Below are positions 26,729-36,607 of a DNA stretch of 64,000 nucleotides, in pieces. The position numbers and the translations under genes were made by a program. Source of the stretch: an uncultured Solirubrobacterales bacterium (lineage in GTDB: Bacteria; Actinomycetota; Thermoleophilia; Solirubrobacterales; Solirubrobacteraceae); contig CAWHMA010000005.1 in assembly GCA_963830435.1 (NCBI GenBank), forward strand, positions 264,021-328,020. Direction: 5' to 3'. The notes under the pieces are model-generated. The model saw only the letters and a list, made by a program, of their open reading frames with translations. It was not told where the DNA came from and made no database searches. Numbering within the stretch: position 1 is the first letter of the stretch; each line of letters begins with the position of its first letter.

Positions 26729-27839
26729 TCAAGCGGACCCACCGGGTTCCGACCCGCGCACGGCATGGCGTCACCGGCTCTCCGATCTGATCGGAGAACT
26801 GCAGATGGGGAAAGTCCACCCCCGCCCCCATCCCGAGCGTGTGGTAGCCCCAGGTCCGGGCGTTGAAATCGAGCAGCTTGAACTTCTGAGTTCGCGGATC
26901 GAGCTTGTACTCCAGCTCGGCGAGCCCGTCGTACCGGATCGATCCCAGGAGCTTGCCCGACAGCTGCTCGAGCTGGGGAATGTCCACTGTCTCGACGAAC
27001 GTGCTTGCCCGGCCGAACTCCGGCGGGTGCTGGCGAGAACGACGAGCGACCATCGTGGCAACCATGTCTCCATCCTTGACGAATGCGCAGCAGGCAAACT
27101 GGTGGCGCCCATCGCCGGGTATCAATTCCTGGATCATCACCTCCCCCGGTCCGACGAGCTCTGCGGCCTGCTCGAATCGAGTCCGCAGCTCAGTCCGATT
27201 GTTCGCCCGCCATGCTTTGGACTTCGTTGCGTGGAGGAAGTCCTCCTTTATCGCGGGCTTGACCACAAATGGGGGATCGCCGTCGACAGTCCGCAAGTCG
27301 TCCCGGTGACGGGGATACCAGGTCCGCGGCGCCGGGATGCCGAGCCGCGCCGCCAGCGCGTAGGTGTTCCGCTTGTCCCACGCCCATCGAACGATGTCCC
27401 AGCCCGGAGTCGGAACGCGAAACAGCTCCAACAGCACCGACCGGTTTCGCGACACCGCGGCCACGGTCTCCTCGCGAGTGGGATATAGCACCCAGCCGTC
27501 GAGCCCGAACCGGCGGCCAGTGGCGATCAGGGTCTCAACGGTTCGATCAGCGTCGCGAAGATCCGCGACCTTGATCGCGTGGGTCGTGTAGCGCGAAAAG
27601 CGACCGATCGAATGCTCGTCGTCGATGACGCAGATCGGAATCCCCCGCCGTCCGAGGCTGCGGATGATGCCCAATCCCTGGTAGTCGCCTCCGATCACTA
27701 CAGCTCCGGTCAACCCTGCGGGTGATCGGGCCGAGCCGCCAGCAGTGGGCACCGGCAGCGTTGGTGGAACGGGATGCTCGGGGAGGAGAGCGCTCGGCGG
27801 AGAGGCCGATGCCGCGAAAGCTGCGCCGAGGCGGATCAT
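26553..27839 (-). CDS. ATP-grasp domain protein (carboxylate-amine ligase type)
   Basis: VVIGGDYQGLGIIRSLGRRGIPICVID pre-ATP-grasp start, FVVKP, MIQELIPG, AELEYKLD...KLLDFNAR motifs. Confidence 0.75.
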   Translation of the reverse strand: MIRLGAAFAASASPPSALLPEHPVPPTLPVPTAGGSARSPAGLTGAVVIGGDYQGLGIIRSLGRRGIPICVIDDEHSIGRFSRYTTHAIKVADLRDADRTVETLIATGRRFGLDGWVLYPTREETVAAVSRNRSVLLELFRVPTPGWDIVRWAWDKRNTYALAARLGIPAPRTWYPRHRDDLRTVDGDPPFVVKPAIKEDFLHATKSKAWRANNRTELRTRFEQAAELVGPGEVMIQELIPGDGRHQFACCAFVKDGDMVATMVARRSRQHPPEFGRASTFVETVDIPQLEQLSGKLLGSIRYDGLAELEYKLDPRTQKFKLLDFNARTWGYHTLGMGAGVDFPHLQFSDQIGEPVTPCRARVGTRWVRLITDVPTALREIYHGRLHPRPYLRSLATAHVEAVLSRDDPLPALAELALIPYLAVRRGF

Positions 27840-28750
27840 CGGCGAAAAGCCACCGGCGCTCCGTCGGGCGGGACTCGCGCGGCCTCGTCGGACTTCTTGA
27901 TGAGGCCGAACATCCCCCGTCCGTCGTCCGAAGCGCAGACGATTCTGGCGGGACCTCCGAATCGGCGCCAGGACTGCTCAAACGCGGTGTTACAGTGCAC
28001 ATCGTCCGCCAGCAGGAACCCACCAGGAGTGAGCGCGCTCCACGCTAGCGCCAGCTCGAACGAAATGTTTCGGTGTGTGTGCCGACTGTCGTGGATGAAG
28101 AGGTCGATTGTTCCAAGCCCATTTAGGAGTTCCGGAAGGCGACGGCGGCTCGAACCCTCGATCAGAGTCCAGGCCCCCTTCAAGCGGTCAGGAACCGCCG
28201 CGCCCGTCTCGTCTTCGAGCCGCTGCGGCTCGAGCGGCGGCGGCAGGTCGATGCTGCATAGCCGGCCCGCGCCGTTGGCCTCGAGCGCTTCGAGGACCAC
28301 CCGGGTCGTGAACCCGCGGGCGACGCCCGTCTCGACGACCGTGAGGGGTTTGAGATGACGCGTTACGCACCAAGCCGCTCGGGCGAAGCCGGGATCGGCG
28401 TCGTCCCAACCACCATAAGCACCACGGCCAATCGATAGGCCTCGGCGTCCGACCGACCCCACCGTTTCCGACCACATGACCCCGAACAGATCCAGCTCCT
28501 CACAGGGCCATGGAGCGTGGAGAAGCTCATGGAGCGAGGTCTCCCATGCGGCGTCGGTCTGCAAGCAAGTCGGGCCGGCGCGACGTTGCCTCACGTCGGA
28601 GAGCTTCTCTCGAACGCGCTCCACGCCTTCCACCGGATCGCGCACGACCGACAGCGCCGCGCGGGCGGGCCGGCGCAGGCGGCGCCAGTTTGCGCCCTCC
28701 TGGCGGGTGACTTGACCGGCGGCATGTTGGACCGGTGCCTTGGAGCCCAT
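27836..28750 (-). CDS. class I SAM-dependent methyltransferase (Methyltransf_24/CmcI-like)
   Basis: VVETGVARGFTT, LCSIDLPP, IDLFIHDSRHTHRN, GGFLLADD motifs. ATG 28750 was chosen so the gene diverges from the epimerase. 4-nt overlap with the ATP-grasp gene. Confidence 0.7.
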   Translation of the reverse strand: MGSKAPVQHAAGQVTRQEGANWRRLRRPARAALSVVRDPVEGVERVREKLSDVRQRRAGPTCLQTDAAWETSLHELLHAPWPCEELDLFGVMWSETVGSVGRRGLSIGRGAYGGWDDADPGFARAAWCVTRHLKPLTVVETGVARGFTTRVVLEALEANGAGRLCSIDLPPPLEPQRLEDETGAAVPDRLKGAWTLIEGSSRRRLPELLNGLGTIDLFIHDSRHTHRNISFELALAWSALTPGGFLLADDVHCNTAFEQSWRRFGGPARIVCASDDGRGMFGLIKKSDEAARVPPDGAPVAFRR

Positions 28751-28880
28751 TTGGCTCCATTCAACAATGTGGCGTGAGCCGGCCACGCTGGATGCCCCCC
28801 GATGGTCCAGCCACGGGGGTGGTAAACCAGTCGATTGGATAGCGATCCTGCCCGGGTCACGATCTACCGTGGACACGACA

Positions 28881-30071
28881 ATGTCAGACCATGGATTTGC
28901 GGCGTCAGCGATGAGGGGGAACTTCCGCCGCAACGGCGGCATTACTCGCGCGCCGGTAATCGCGTACATCTTCGGTACGAGGCCCAACTTCGTCAAAATG
29001 GCTCCGGTCCTCGAGCAGTTGCGCGCGCAGCTTCCTGCGGCCCACCACGTCGGTGTGCACACCGGGCAGCACTACGACCGCGAGATGTCGGACGTGTTCT
29101 TCGCCGAATTAGCCGTCCCAGCACCGGATCACCTGCTCGGGGTAGGCTCCGACACCCATGGTGTTCAGACGGCTCGTGCGCTCGAGCGCCTCGAACGCGT
29201 GATGCTGGATGAGCGTCCCGACGTGGTCATCGTCCCCGGCGATGTGAACTCTACGCTCGCCGCAGCCCTCGCGGCCGCCAAGCTCGGCATCCCAGTTGCT
29301 CACGTCGAATCCGGACTTCGAAGCTTCGACTGGTCGATGCCCGAGGAGATCAATCGCGTTCTCGTCGATCGCCTCTCGCGGTGGTGCTTCACGCACAGCC
29401 CCGAGGCCCGGCACAACCTTGCCCGCGAGGGAATTTCTAGTGACCGGGTGTTCGAGGTCGGGAACACCATGATCGACTCGCTTGTGCGGATGCGCCCCCG
29501 GATCGAGGACTCCGACGTCCACCGGCGACTCAACATCCCCGCGGACGATTACTTACTGGTCACGCTGCATCGACCTGCTTTGGTCGATGGTCCGCTCCTG
29601 AAGGACGCCCTGGCCGAGCTCGAGGCGCTAAGTGGGCTCCATCCGGTCGTGTTCCCGATGCATCCACGCACTCGGGCCCGCTCACACGGGTTTCGGCCTT
29701 CGGGATCCTCGCTGCACCTCATCGATCCGGTTGGTTACGTCGATTTCCTGGCGCTGGAGAGTCGCGCCCGAGCGGTTATCACCGACTCCGGTGGGGTGCA
29801 GGAGGAGACGACCTTCCTCGGCGTGCCTTGCTTTACCCTCAGGGACAACACGGAGCGCCCGGTGACGGTGACGCACGGCACCAACCGCCTGTTGGGTCTC
29901 CGGGTCGAAGCACTGCGAGAGATTCCTCCTGCGCTGGCGTCGCAGCGATCAACGCTTCCCGCGCTGCGCGGCTGGGATGGCCGAGCCGGCGAACGCGCCG
30001 CGGAGGTCATAGCCGACGCGCTCGGCGCCGCCACTGAGGCCAAGGATGCCTCAGTGGCCGCGAGCGCATGA
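28881..30071 (+). CDS. non-hydrolysing UDP-GlcNAc 2-epimerase (WecB/WbpI-like)
   Basis: IFGTRPNFVKMAPV start, HVESGLRSFD, DSGGVQEETTFLGVPCFTLRDNTERP motifs. Confidence 0.85.
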   Translation: MSDHGFAASAMRGNFRRNGGITRAPVIAYIFGTRPNFVKMAPVLEQLRAQLPAAHHVGVHTGQHYDREMSDVFFAELAVPAPDHLLGVGSDTHGVQTARALERLERVMLDERPDVVIVPGDVNSTLAAALAAAKLGIPVAHVESGLRSFDWSMPEEINRVLVDRLSRWCFTHSPEARHNLAREGISSDRVFEVGNTMIDSLVRMRPRIEDSDVHRRLNIPADDYLLVTLHRPALVDGPLLKDALAELEALSGLHPVVFPMHPRTRARSHGFRPSGSSLHLIDPVGYVDFLALESRARAVITDSGGVQEETTFLGVPCFTLRDNTERPVTVTHGTNRLLGLRVEALREIPPALASQRSTLPALRGWDGRAGERAAEVIADALGAATEAKDASVAASA

Positions 30072-31561
30072 GCCTGGGCACGGCTTCCAAGACTACGGCC
30101 GCACCGAGGTTTCCGGCACTCACGGCGACAAAGCGCCTCATGGTGCTCGATGAGCTGCGGGTTCCCTACGAGTGCTCCGGTGCCCCCGGCCCGGAGCCGT
30201 CGTGGGCTTCGCTCTCGGCTGCTGACCGTCGCCGCTTCCTGTACTGGTTCGTGGGCGACGGAGAACCGGCAGCAGGCTGGTGGTTCGGATCGCTCCAGAT
30301 CTGGGGCCGAGTCGCGCCCGAGGACTTGGTGGTCGCGTTGGCGACATCGCTCCCCGGCGAGTGGATGCCCGAGACGCCGATCCTCGACTCTTCCGGAGTC
30401 CAGCGCTCGTCTGTGTGGCGCTCCAGTGAAGGTGAGACGATCCTCCCCTTCGACCCTGACGAGCTCATCACCAATCTTCGTAGCGAGCGGTACCTGCGCC
30501 TCCAAGGCTCACGCAGACTCTCGTTGAAAGCCGTTTCCCGGCGCGCGTACTACACGATCCGGCCACTGATGCCGCGCCGCGTGCAGATCGGCCTCCGGCG
30601 CGCATTCAGCCGCATCCAGGCGCGCACGTCGTTCCCTCGATGGCCGATCGAGCCAACCCTTCACGACCTGAGCGACCTGGTGCTGCAACGTGTTGCCGAC
30701 GCCGCCGGGATACCCGTGCCGTACATTGCGGCGTGGCCGCAGGGGCGATCGTGGGCGCTGGTCCTCACCCACGACGTCGAGACTGCGGCGGGGCAAGAGG
30801 CGATCGAGAAGGTTCGAGCCATCGAGGAGGCGGCGGGATACAGGTCGTCTTGGAACCTCGTCCCGGAACGCTACCGGGTCGAGGACTCATCGGTCGAGCA
30901 CTTGAAGTCAGTTGGGTGCGAGGTCGGCGTCCATGGCCTACGACACGATGGCCGGGACCTGGAGTCTCTCCGTACGCTGGAACGGCGCCTCCCCGAGATG
31001 CGGCGGTGGGCCCGGCGATGGGGAGCCGTGGGCTTTCGATCACCCGCCACACACCGCGTATGGGAGTGGATGCCGAAGCTCGGTTTCGAATACGACACCT
31101 CATATCCAGACACGGACCCCTACGAGCCGATGGCGGGTGGGTGCTGCTCCTGGCTGCCATTCTTCAACGAGGGGATGGTCGAGCTTCCGATCACCCTGCA
31201 GCAGGACCACACCGTGTTCGTGATCCTGCGCCGTGACGAGTCGCTGTGGCTTGAGAAGGCGGAGCGGCTTCGGTCCAGGGGAGGCATGGCGCTGGCGCTC
31301 GTTCATCCCGACTACATGCTCGAAGGCGATCGCCTCTCGGCCTACGCACGTTTTCTCGCCGCGTTCCGGCAGGATCCGGCGGTGTGGAAGCCGCTGCCGC
31401 GCGAGGTGGCCGACTGGTGGAGACGACGCGCGGCTACCTCGTTACAGCTGATTGACGGCCGCTGGCAGGCATCGGGACCGGCCGAAGCGGAGGTTGCAAT
31501 CGCCTTCGCCGAGCCGGCTCGGCCTGATGCAAGCGGAGCGCAGACCAGCTTGGAGGGCTAG
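30068..31561 (+). CDS. polysaccharide deacetylase-like (CE4/NodB-fold) protein with N-terminal extension
   Basis: WALVLTHDVE...NLVPERY...GCEVGVHGLRHDG...LVHPDY pattern resembles CE4-type metal and catalytic motifs. Confidence 0.6.
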   Translation: MSLGTASKTTAAPRFPALTATKRLMVLDELRVPYECSGAPGPEPSWASLSAADRRRFLYWFVGDGEPAAGWWFGSLQIWGRVAPEDLVVALATSLPGEWMPETPILDSSGVQRSSVWRSSEGETILPFDPDELITNLRSERYLRLQGSRRLSLKAVSRRAYYTIRPLMPRRVQIGLRRAFSRIQARTSFPRWPIEPTLHDLSDLVLQRVADAAGIPVPYIAAWPQGRSWALVLTHDVETAAGQEAIEKVRAIEEAAGYRSSWNLVPERYRVEDSSVEHLKSVGCEVGVHGLRHDGRDLESLRTLERRLPEMRRWARRWGAVGFRSPATHRVWEWMPKLGFEYDTSYPDTDPYEPMAGGCCSWLPFFNEGMVELPITLQQDHTVFVILRRDESLWLEKAERLRSRGGMALALVHPDYMLEGDRLSAYARFLAAFRQDPAVWKPLPREVADWWRRRAATSLQLIDGRWQASGPAEAEVAIAFAEPARPDASGAQTSLEG

Positions 31562-31573
31562 ATTGCATCGCTC

Positions 31574-32590
31574 GTGGTCAACCTTGTGAAGATCGGCCTG
31601 CTGGCGGTAATCGCGGGTCTAGGCGGCATCGGCACGCTTTCCTGTGGCCAGGCAAAGACGGCTGCAGGCGGTGGCCGGTTCCCGGTAGCCACCTCCGCCG
31701 CCAACCGACCGCCCTCCGGCGGTCGCAGTCACACCTCCTCCAGCGGCCTGATCTGGTCAGCCGACTTTGGATCTGTTGGGTTCGACGCGTGGGATGCGTT
31801 GGACGGCAACACGTCTACGCCGGCATTGCAGCACCGCTACTTCTCACTGGTGCCCGATCCCGCCGGCGGGCCAGGCTCGGTGTTCAAGGCCACCGTGGAT
31901 CAAAACGCGGTCGACAACGGAGAAGACGGGCAGCGCGCGTTGTTGGAGCTGTGGCCGGATTCAGAGCGGCGCAGCAACTCGCTGGCAGTTGGCATGCAGG
32001 GGCGGGAGCGATGGTTCCACGCCCGGGTGTACTTCCCGAAAGACTTCGTACCCGCCAAGAAGTCGGACTGGAACTGGGTGATCGAGTGGCACGACTGGCC
32101 GAATGGCCCGTGCTGCGAGAACCTCGCCCTCACCGTAGATACTGATCCGGCGCGAGGGCGGGGGCAGCGCTTGGTGCTGCGCTCAGAAGGTGGGGGGACC
32201 CCGAGGTATCCAGTTGATCTCTATTCGCCTGCCTATCCGGCCAGGAATCGCACCACCCACGACGATCACATCGTGGGTGATCGCCATCTGCGCCGAGGCC
32301 ACTGGTATGACGTGCTGCTGCACGTCGTCTGGGACTACCGTCCCCGCTATGGACTGGTGCAATGGTGGCTAGACGGCAAACTGGTCACTTCACGACATAC
32401 CTCCACGCTCTACTACTACCGCGATTCGAACAGCGACATTGCGGGTGATCAGCCCGGCCCAGGGCGCACCTACCTAGAAGTTGGCTACTACCGGGACAGC
32501 AAGCTGCTCAACGGCGCCATTGACCGATCGGTTATGTCGGTCTACCAGAGCGACGACCGAGTTGGTACCACCGCCAGCAGCGTGCGCTAG
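31574..32590 (+). CDS. secreted polysaccharide-lyase-like (concanavalin-fold, PF14099-like) protein
   Basis: Signal peptide IGLLAVIAGLGGIGTLSCG. WFHARVYFPKDF...WNWVIEWHDWP...HWYDVLLHVVW...VQWWLDGKLV...LEVGYYRD pattern. Confidence 0.5.
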   Translation: MVNLVKIGLLAVIAGLGGIGTLSCGQAKTAAGGGRFPVATSAANRPPSGGRSHTSSSGLIWSADFGSVGFDAWDALDGNTSTPALQHRYFSLVPDPAGGPGSVFKATVDQNAVDNGEDGQRALLELWPDSERRSNSLAVGMQGRERWFHARVYFPKDFVPAKKSDWNWVIEWHDWPNGPCCENLALTVDTDPARGRGQRLVLRSEGGGTPRYPVDLYSPAYPARNRTTHDDHIVGDRHLRRGHWYDVLLHVVWDYRPRYGLVQWWLDGKLVTSRHTSTLYYYRDSNSDIAGDQPGPGRTYLEVGYYRDSKLLNGAIDRSVMSVYQSDDRVGTTASSVR

Positions 32591-32613
32591 CGTCGTGAGC
32601 CTCGCCAACGACG
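32591..32613. terminator. short hairpin between convergent genes
   Basis: CGTCGT-GAGCCTCGCCA-ACGACG fills the 24-nt gap between two convergent stops. Weak stem, no U tract. Confidence 0.3.
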
Positions 32614-32614
32614 T

Positions 32615-34471
32615 CTAACCAGTACCGCTGACGACCGTGATTGGTCGTTGCGTCTCATTGCTGTTGCCGTTGGCGTCAGTGACCTGAAGTTCAGCGTTGT
32701 AATTCCCGGGCGATGCATACGTGTGCGAAGTTGTCACGCCGGTCGCGCTTCCGCCGTCGCCGAAGGTCCACGCAAAGCTCAGTCCACCCGCTGGCGAGCT
32801 CGAACTCGATCCGTCGAAGTTGACTGGGGTGTTGGTTCCGACCGAGCCTGGAGCGGTGAAGGACGCCGTCGGCCCAGGCAGCGTCGCGGTCGAGTCGAGC
32901 TGAAACTCGATGTTGCTGCGACGCGCGTAGGTCCCGTTGATGTTCCACCACGAAACCCAGAAGCGGCCTTGTGCATCGGGAACGGTGATCCCGGTCATGA
33001 CTGTGTTGTTGCTGGGGTCGCCCGGCGTGCGCATGAAGGGCGTCTTGGTGGCGCTCCAACTGCTGCCGCCGTTGGACGTGAGCACGTGTATGTACTCGTC
33101 GCCGATGTAGCCCTCGCTTTGCGGTTCGACGCCCGAGAATTGGACCTGCATCCCCTGATAGGAGACACCGGAATAGAAGGGCACGTTCAAACCGGACAGC
33201 AGCCGGGTGAGGTTCCCACTGCTGCGATCCCACCGCCATAGCTCGCTGGGGACGTCCGGGGAGTCGGTTCCCCAGTACACGGCGTCAGGCGCGAACATCA
33301 GCCCTACGACTCGACTCTGCGGGTAGGCACCTGTGGTGATGTAGGTGAACGTCTGACCACCGTCGTCGGAATATCCGACCTTGGCCAAATTCACGTTGTT
33401 CTCCTGATCGAGCAGGACCCATATCCGCCCCGGTGCGTACGGATCGGCCTCCACCGAGTGCACCTCGCGCTCAGTCGGGAACGACTGAGCCACAAAGAAG
33501 CTACGCCCATCGTCGGTCGACTTCCACAGGGTTGGGCCGCCTGACGCGTCGCCGGTATCACCGACGTAGATCGCGCCTCCCGTCTCTACCCAACTCTGGC
33601 TGCCGAGTAGATAGCCGTTCGCCGGGATGTCCAGTGAGGTTGCCGCCGAGAAGCTGGTGGCATTCGAATCTGTTGAGCGCAGGATGTGGCGTATCCCGTT
33701 GCTGTCGCGCACGACTATCAGCACCGTTCCCGTAGACAGCGTCAGCACGTTCTCGACCTGGTCATAGCCGGAGGCCGTGTAGACCAGTTGCCATGTCGCC
33801 ATGTCATCGGTCGACTTCCAGACGTTGTTGTTGTTGTCGGTTCCCCATAACGTTCCGTCCGCGGCGCGGGTGGCGACGAATATCGCTCCGCAGCTGCCGT
33901 TCTGGTATTGGCTCTTGATAACCCGCAGGTATGGCGCGATGACCGTTCCCGGAGCGACTGTGCCAGGACCATTCATGGTCTGCGAGCACACGATGCCGGG
34001 GGAGGTCGTGAAGGTCAGGTCGTCGCCGTAGGTCGTACCCTGGGTGTCGCTGGCGACCACGCGGTAGTGATAGGTGGTCCCGGGAAGGAGTCCCGTCACC
34101 TGGGCCGAGACGGCCTGTGGGCTCGATCCGGCGGCGAGGCTCTGGGTGGACGTCGTGTTGCCGTACGAGATAGTGGTGCCCCACTCAAAGTACACGGTCG
34201 CGGCCAGCCCCTTGGGGTTCACGCTGGCGTTGAGCGTCGCGGCAGAAGAGCTTGCGTTGCTCGCGGAGTTGGTTGTCGCGCTCGCGCAGCCCCCCACGAC
34301 AAACGCCAAGCACGACGCCACGATTAACGCCCCGCTCCTCCGAATCCATCGTTTCCGCCCCGTCGGACCGGCCACAGGTATACCAACGTTCGGTTGCACC
34401 AACCTCCTCAGACCTACGCCCCGCAGAACAAGCATCAGAGCCCACACCACACGGGCCGGCGACGCGACCAT
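32615..34471 (-). CDS. secreted FN3-like/BNR (Asp-box) beta-propeller/PKD protein (sialidase-fold glycosidase-like)
   Basis: Asp-box repeats WKSTDDMATW, LRSTDSNATSF, WKSTDDGRSF, YSDDGGQTF, TSNGGSSW. C-terminal PKD FDGSSS...FAWTFGDGGSATG...HTYASPGNYN. Lipoprotein-like signal RKRWIRRSGALIVASCLAFVVGGC. Start uncertain (ATG 34471, GTG 34399 or 34375); codons upstream are antisense to asnB. Confidence 0.7.
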   Translation of the reverse strand: MVASPARVVWALMLVLRGVGLRRLVQPNVGIPVAGPTGRKRWIRRSGALIVASCLAFVVGGCASATTNSASNASSSAATLNASVNPKGLAATVYFEWGTTISYGNTTSTQSLAAGSSPQAVSAQVTGLLPGTTYHYRVVASDTQGTTYGDDLTFTTSPGIVCSQTMNGPGTVAPGTVIAPYLRVIKSQYQNGSCGAIFVATRAADGTLWGTDNNNNVWKSTDDMATWQLVYTASGYDQVENVLTLSTGTVLIVVRDSNGIRHILRSTDSNATSFSAATSLDIPANGYLLGSQSWVETGGAIYVGDTGDASGGPTLWKSTDDGRSFFVAQSFPTEREVHSVEADPYAPGRIWVLLDQENNVNLAKVGYSDDGGQTFTYITTGAYPQSRVVGLMFAPDAVYWGTDSPDVPSELWRWDRSSGNLTRLLSGLNVPFYSGVSYQGMQVQFSGVEPQSEGYIGDEYIHVLTSNGGSSWSATKTPFMRTPGDPSNNTVMTGITVPDAQGRFWVSWWNINGTYARRSNIEFQLDSTATLPGPTASFTAPGSVGTNTPVNFDGSSSSSPAGGLSFAWTFGDGGSATGVTTSHTYASPGNYNAELQVTDANGNSNETQRPITVVSGTG

Positions 34472-34615
34472 TTTAGCAGCATCTAGTCGACGGGAGCAAG
34501 ACTCCGCGGGGTTCTCGAGCGAGCGGGGCTGACCATTGCGGGACGTTATCGAGCGGAAAACCGTCATACTCCGATAGTCCCAGTCGGGAGAGCCGGGGAA
34601 GGCCAGAGTCTGCTC

Positions 34616-36529
34616 ATGTGCGGGATTGTCGGTGTCTATGACTACGGTCGGACGGCGGGCTGCGTAAGCGATGCCCTCGTGCTCCGCATGCGGGAGACGC
34701 TTTACCACCGCGGTCCAGACGGTGCTGGACAATGGGTCAGCGACGACGAACGGGTTGGACTCGGGATGCGCCGGCTCGCGATCCTCGACATCCAGGGGGG
34801 CGCACAGCCGATGTTCGGGCAGCACGGGGAGGTGCTCGTCTTCAATGGCGAGATCTACAACTATCCCTATCTGCGCCGTGACCTCGAGAGCGACGGGGTC
34901 AGGTTCCGCACGACTTGTGACACCGAGGTGGTCCTTCGCCTCTACGAACGGTACGGCATCGGCTGCCTCAGCCACCTCAACGGGATGTTCGCGTTTGCGC
35001 TGTGGGATCCGCGCGAGGAGAAGCTGTTTCTTGCGCGCGATCGAATCGGCGAGAAGCCCCTCTACTGGGCGGCGGTTGCCGGATCGCTGGTGTTCGGCTC
35101 AGAGATCAAGGCGTTGCTCGAGCATCCACTGGTCCAACCAGAGGTCAACGAGAACGCGATCGGCCCCTACTTGACCAACCTCGTAACCACTCCGCCCGAG
35201 ACCATGTACGCCGGGATCAACAAGCTTGCCCCGGGGACGATGGCGACGTGCGATGCCGCTGGTTTGCGCACGCAGCGCTGGTGGGACTTGTTTCCGCCGC
35301 GGCAGTTCAATGACATCGGCCCAGAGGAGGCGCGCGACGCGGTGCGGGCGTTACTCGACCGTTCGGTGCAGGACCGGCTGCTGGCGGATGTTCCCGTCGG
35401 CGTCCTCCTCAGCGGGGGCCTCGATTCGACTACCCTGGTCGCGCTGCTCCGCGAAAAGGCAGTTGGGCTGGCAACCTTCTCGGTCGGCTTCGAGGACCAT
35501 CCCGAGCTAGACGAGCGTGCCGAGGCGCGTCGCGTGGCGGCGCAGTTTCGCACCGAGCACCACGAAGTGGTCGTCAGCCAGCAGGAGGCGATCGAGTTCC
35601 TTCCCCGCCTCGTTCATCATCAGGATGAGCCCCTCGCGGACCCCGTATGCATCCCTCTGCACTTCGTCTGCGAGCTTGCGCGAAGCAAGGGTGTGCCGGT
35701 CGTCTTGGCCGGCGAGGGCGCCGACGAGTTGTTCTGGGGGTATCCGAGCTACCAGCGGATCATTTCCAGAGAGCGCTGGATGCAGGCGATCATGCGCCTG
35801 CCGGCAAGCGGCCGCCGAGCTCTGGCGGCGGTCGTTCCCGCGGAGCGCTTCGCCAACCTGCAGCAGCTGCTTGAAGGCTTCGCGTCTGGGCGCCCGTTGC
35901 CCATGCACATGCCGCTCGGAATCACCCGGCATAATCGTGCTCGGGTTCTGAGCGATCCAGCGGCTGCCCTCCGGGTCGGATGGGCGCCCTCCGACGGCCA
36001 TTCGGCCAACGGCTCGATTGAGCTGCTGTCCCGGCTCGCATTCGATACGCAGGAGTATGAATTCGGCCTTCGGCTGCCGGAGCTGCTGCTGATGCGGATC
36101 GATCGTTTCGCAATGGCCAGCAGTGTCGAGGCCCGCGTCCCGTTTCTCGATCCCAGCCTCGTGGAGTACGTGTATCGCCTGCCGATCGAGCGTAAGTTCC
36201 GCAAAGGCATAGGGAAGGTCGTCCTGCGCGATGCCATACGGGATGTGGTGCCTGACTGGGTGATTCAGCGGCGCAAGCAGGGATTCCATGCCCCCGTGGT
36301 GCAATGGTTGGGGGATGATTTGGGCTTGCTATTTGGGAAGCTTCTCGGCGGTGAGGCGATCCGCCGATACTTCCATGTGCCAACGCTTGAAGCGGCTCTG
36401 GCGAGTCCTCGTCGGAGGGAGCATTACGGGCTGTGGCCGATCCTCAACTTTGCCCTGTGGCACCGCTACTGGGTCGAGCGGGAGCCGCTTGACTCGCTGA
36501 TCGAACCACTGCTCGCTGGTCAGGCGTAG
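34616..36529 (+). CDS. asparagine synthase-family glutamine amidotransferase (AsnB/WbpS-like) 1
   Basis: N-terminal MCGIVG Ntn-Cys, LSGGLDSTTL PP-loop, 637 aa. Confidence 0.85.
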   Translation: MCGIVGVYDYGRTAGCVSDALVLRMRETLYHRGPDGAGQWVSDDERVGLGMRRLAILDIQGGAQPMFGQHGEVLVFNGEIYNYPYLRRDLESDGVRFRTTCDTEVVLRLYERYGIGCLSHLNGMFAFALWDPREEKLFLARDRIGEKPLYWAAVAGSLVFGSEIKALLEHPLVQPEVNENAIGPYLTNLVTTPPETMYAGINKLAPGTMATCDAAGLRTQRWWDLFPPRQFNDIGPEEARDAVRALLDRSVQDRLLADVPVGVLLSGGLDSTTLVALLREKAVGLATFSVGFEDHPELDERAEARRVAAQFRTEHHEVVVSQQEAIEFLPRLVHHQDEPLADPVCIPLHFVCELARSKGVPVVLAGEGADELFWGYPSYQRIISRERWMQAIMRLPASGRRALAAVVPAERFANLQQLLEGFASGRPLPMHMPLGITRHNRARVLSDPAAALRVGWAPSDGHSANGSIELLSRLAFDTQEYEFGLRLPELLLMRIDRFAMASSVEARVPFLDPSLVEYVYRLPIERKFRKGIGKVVLRDAIRDVVPDWVIQRRKQGFHAPVVQWLGDDLGLLFGKLLGGEAIRRYFHVPTLEAALASPRRREHYGLWPILNFALWHRYWVEREPLDSLIEPLLAGQA

Positions 36530-36607
36530 CGTCCAAGTCAGACACCCATACGGGAGCGACGTGGATACACCAGCGGGGAGGTAGACTGGACTGCTACGGA
36601 AGGGGTC

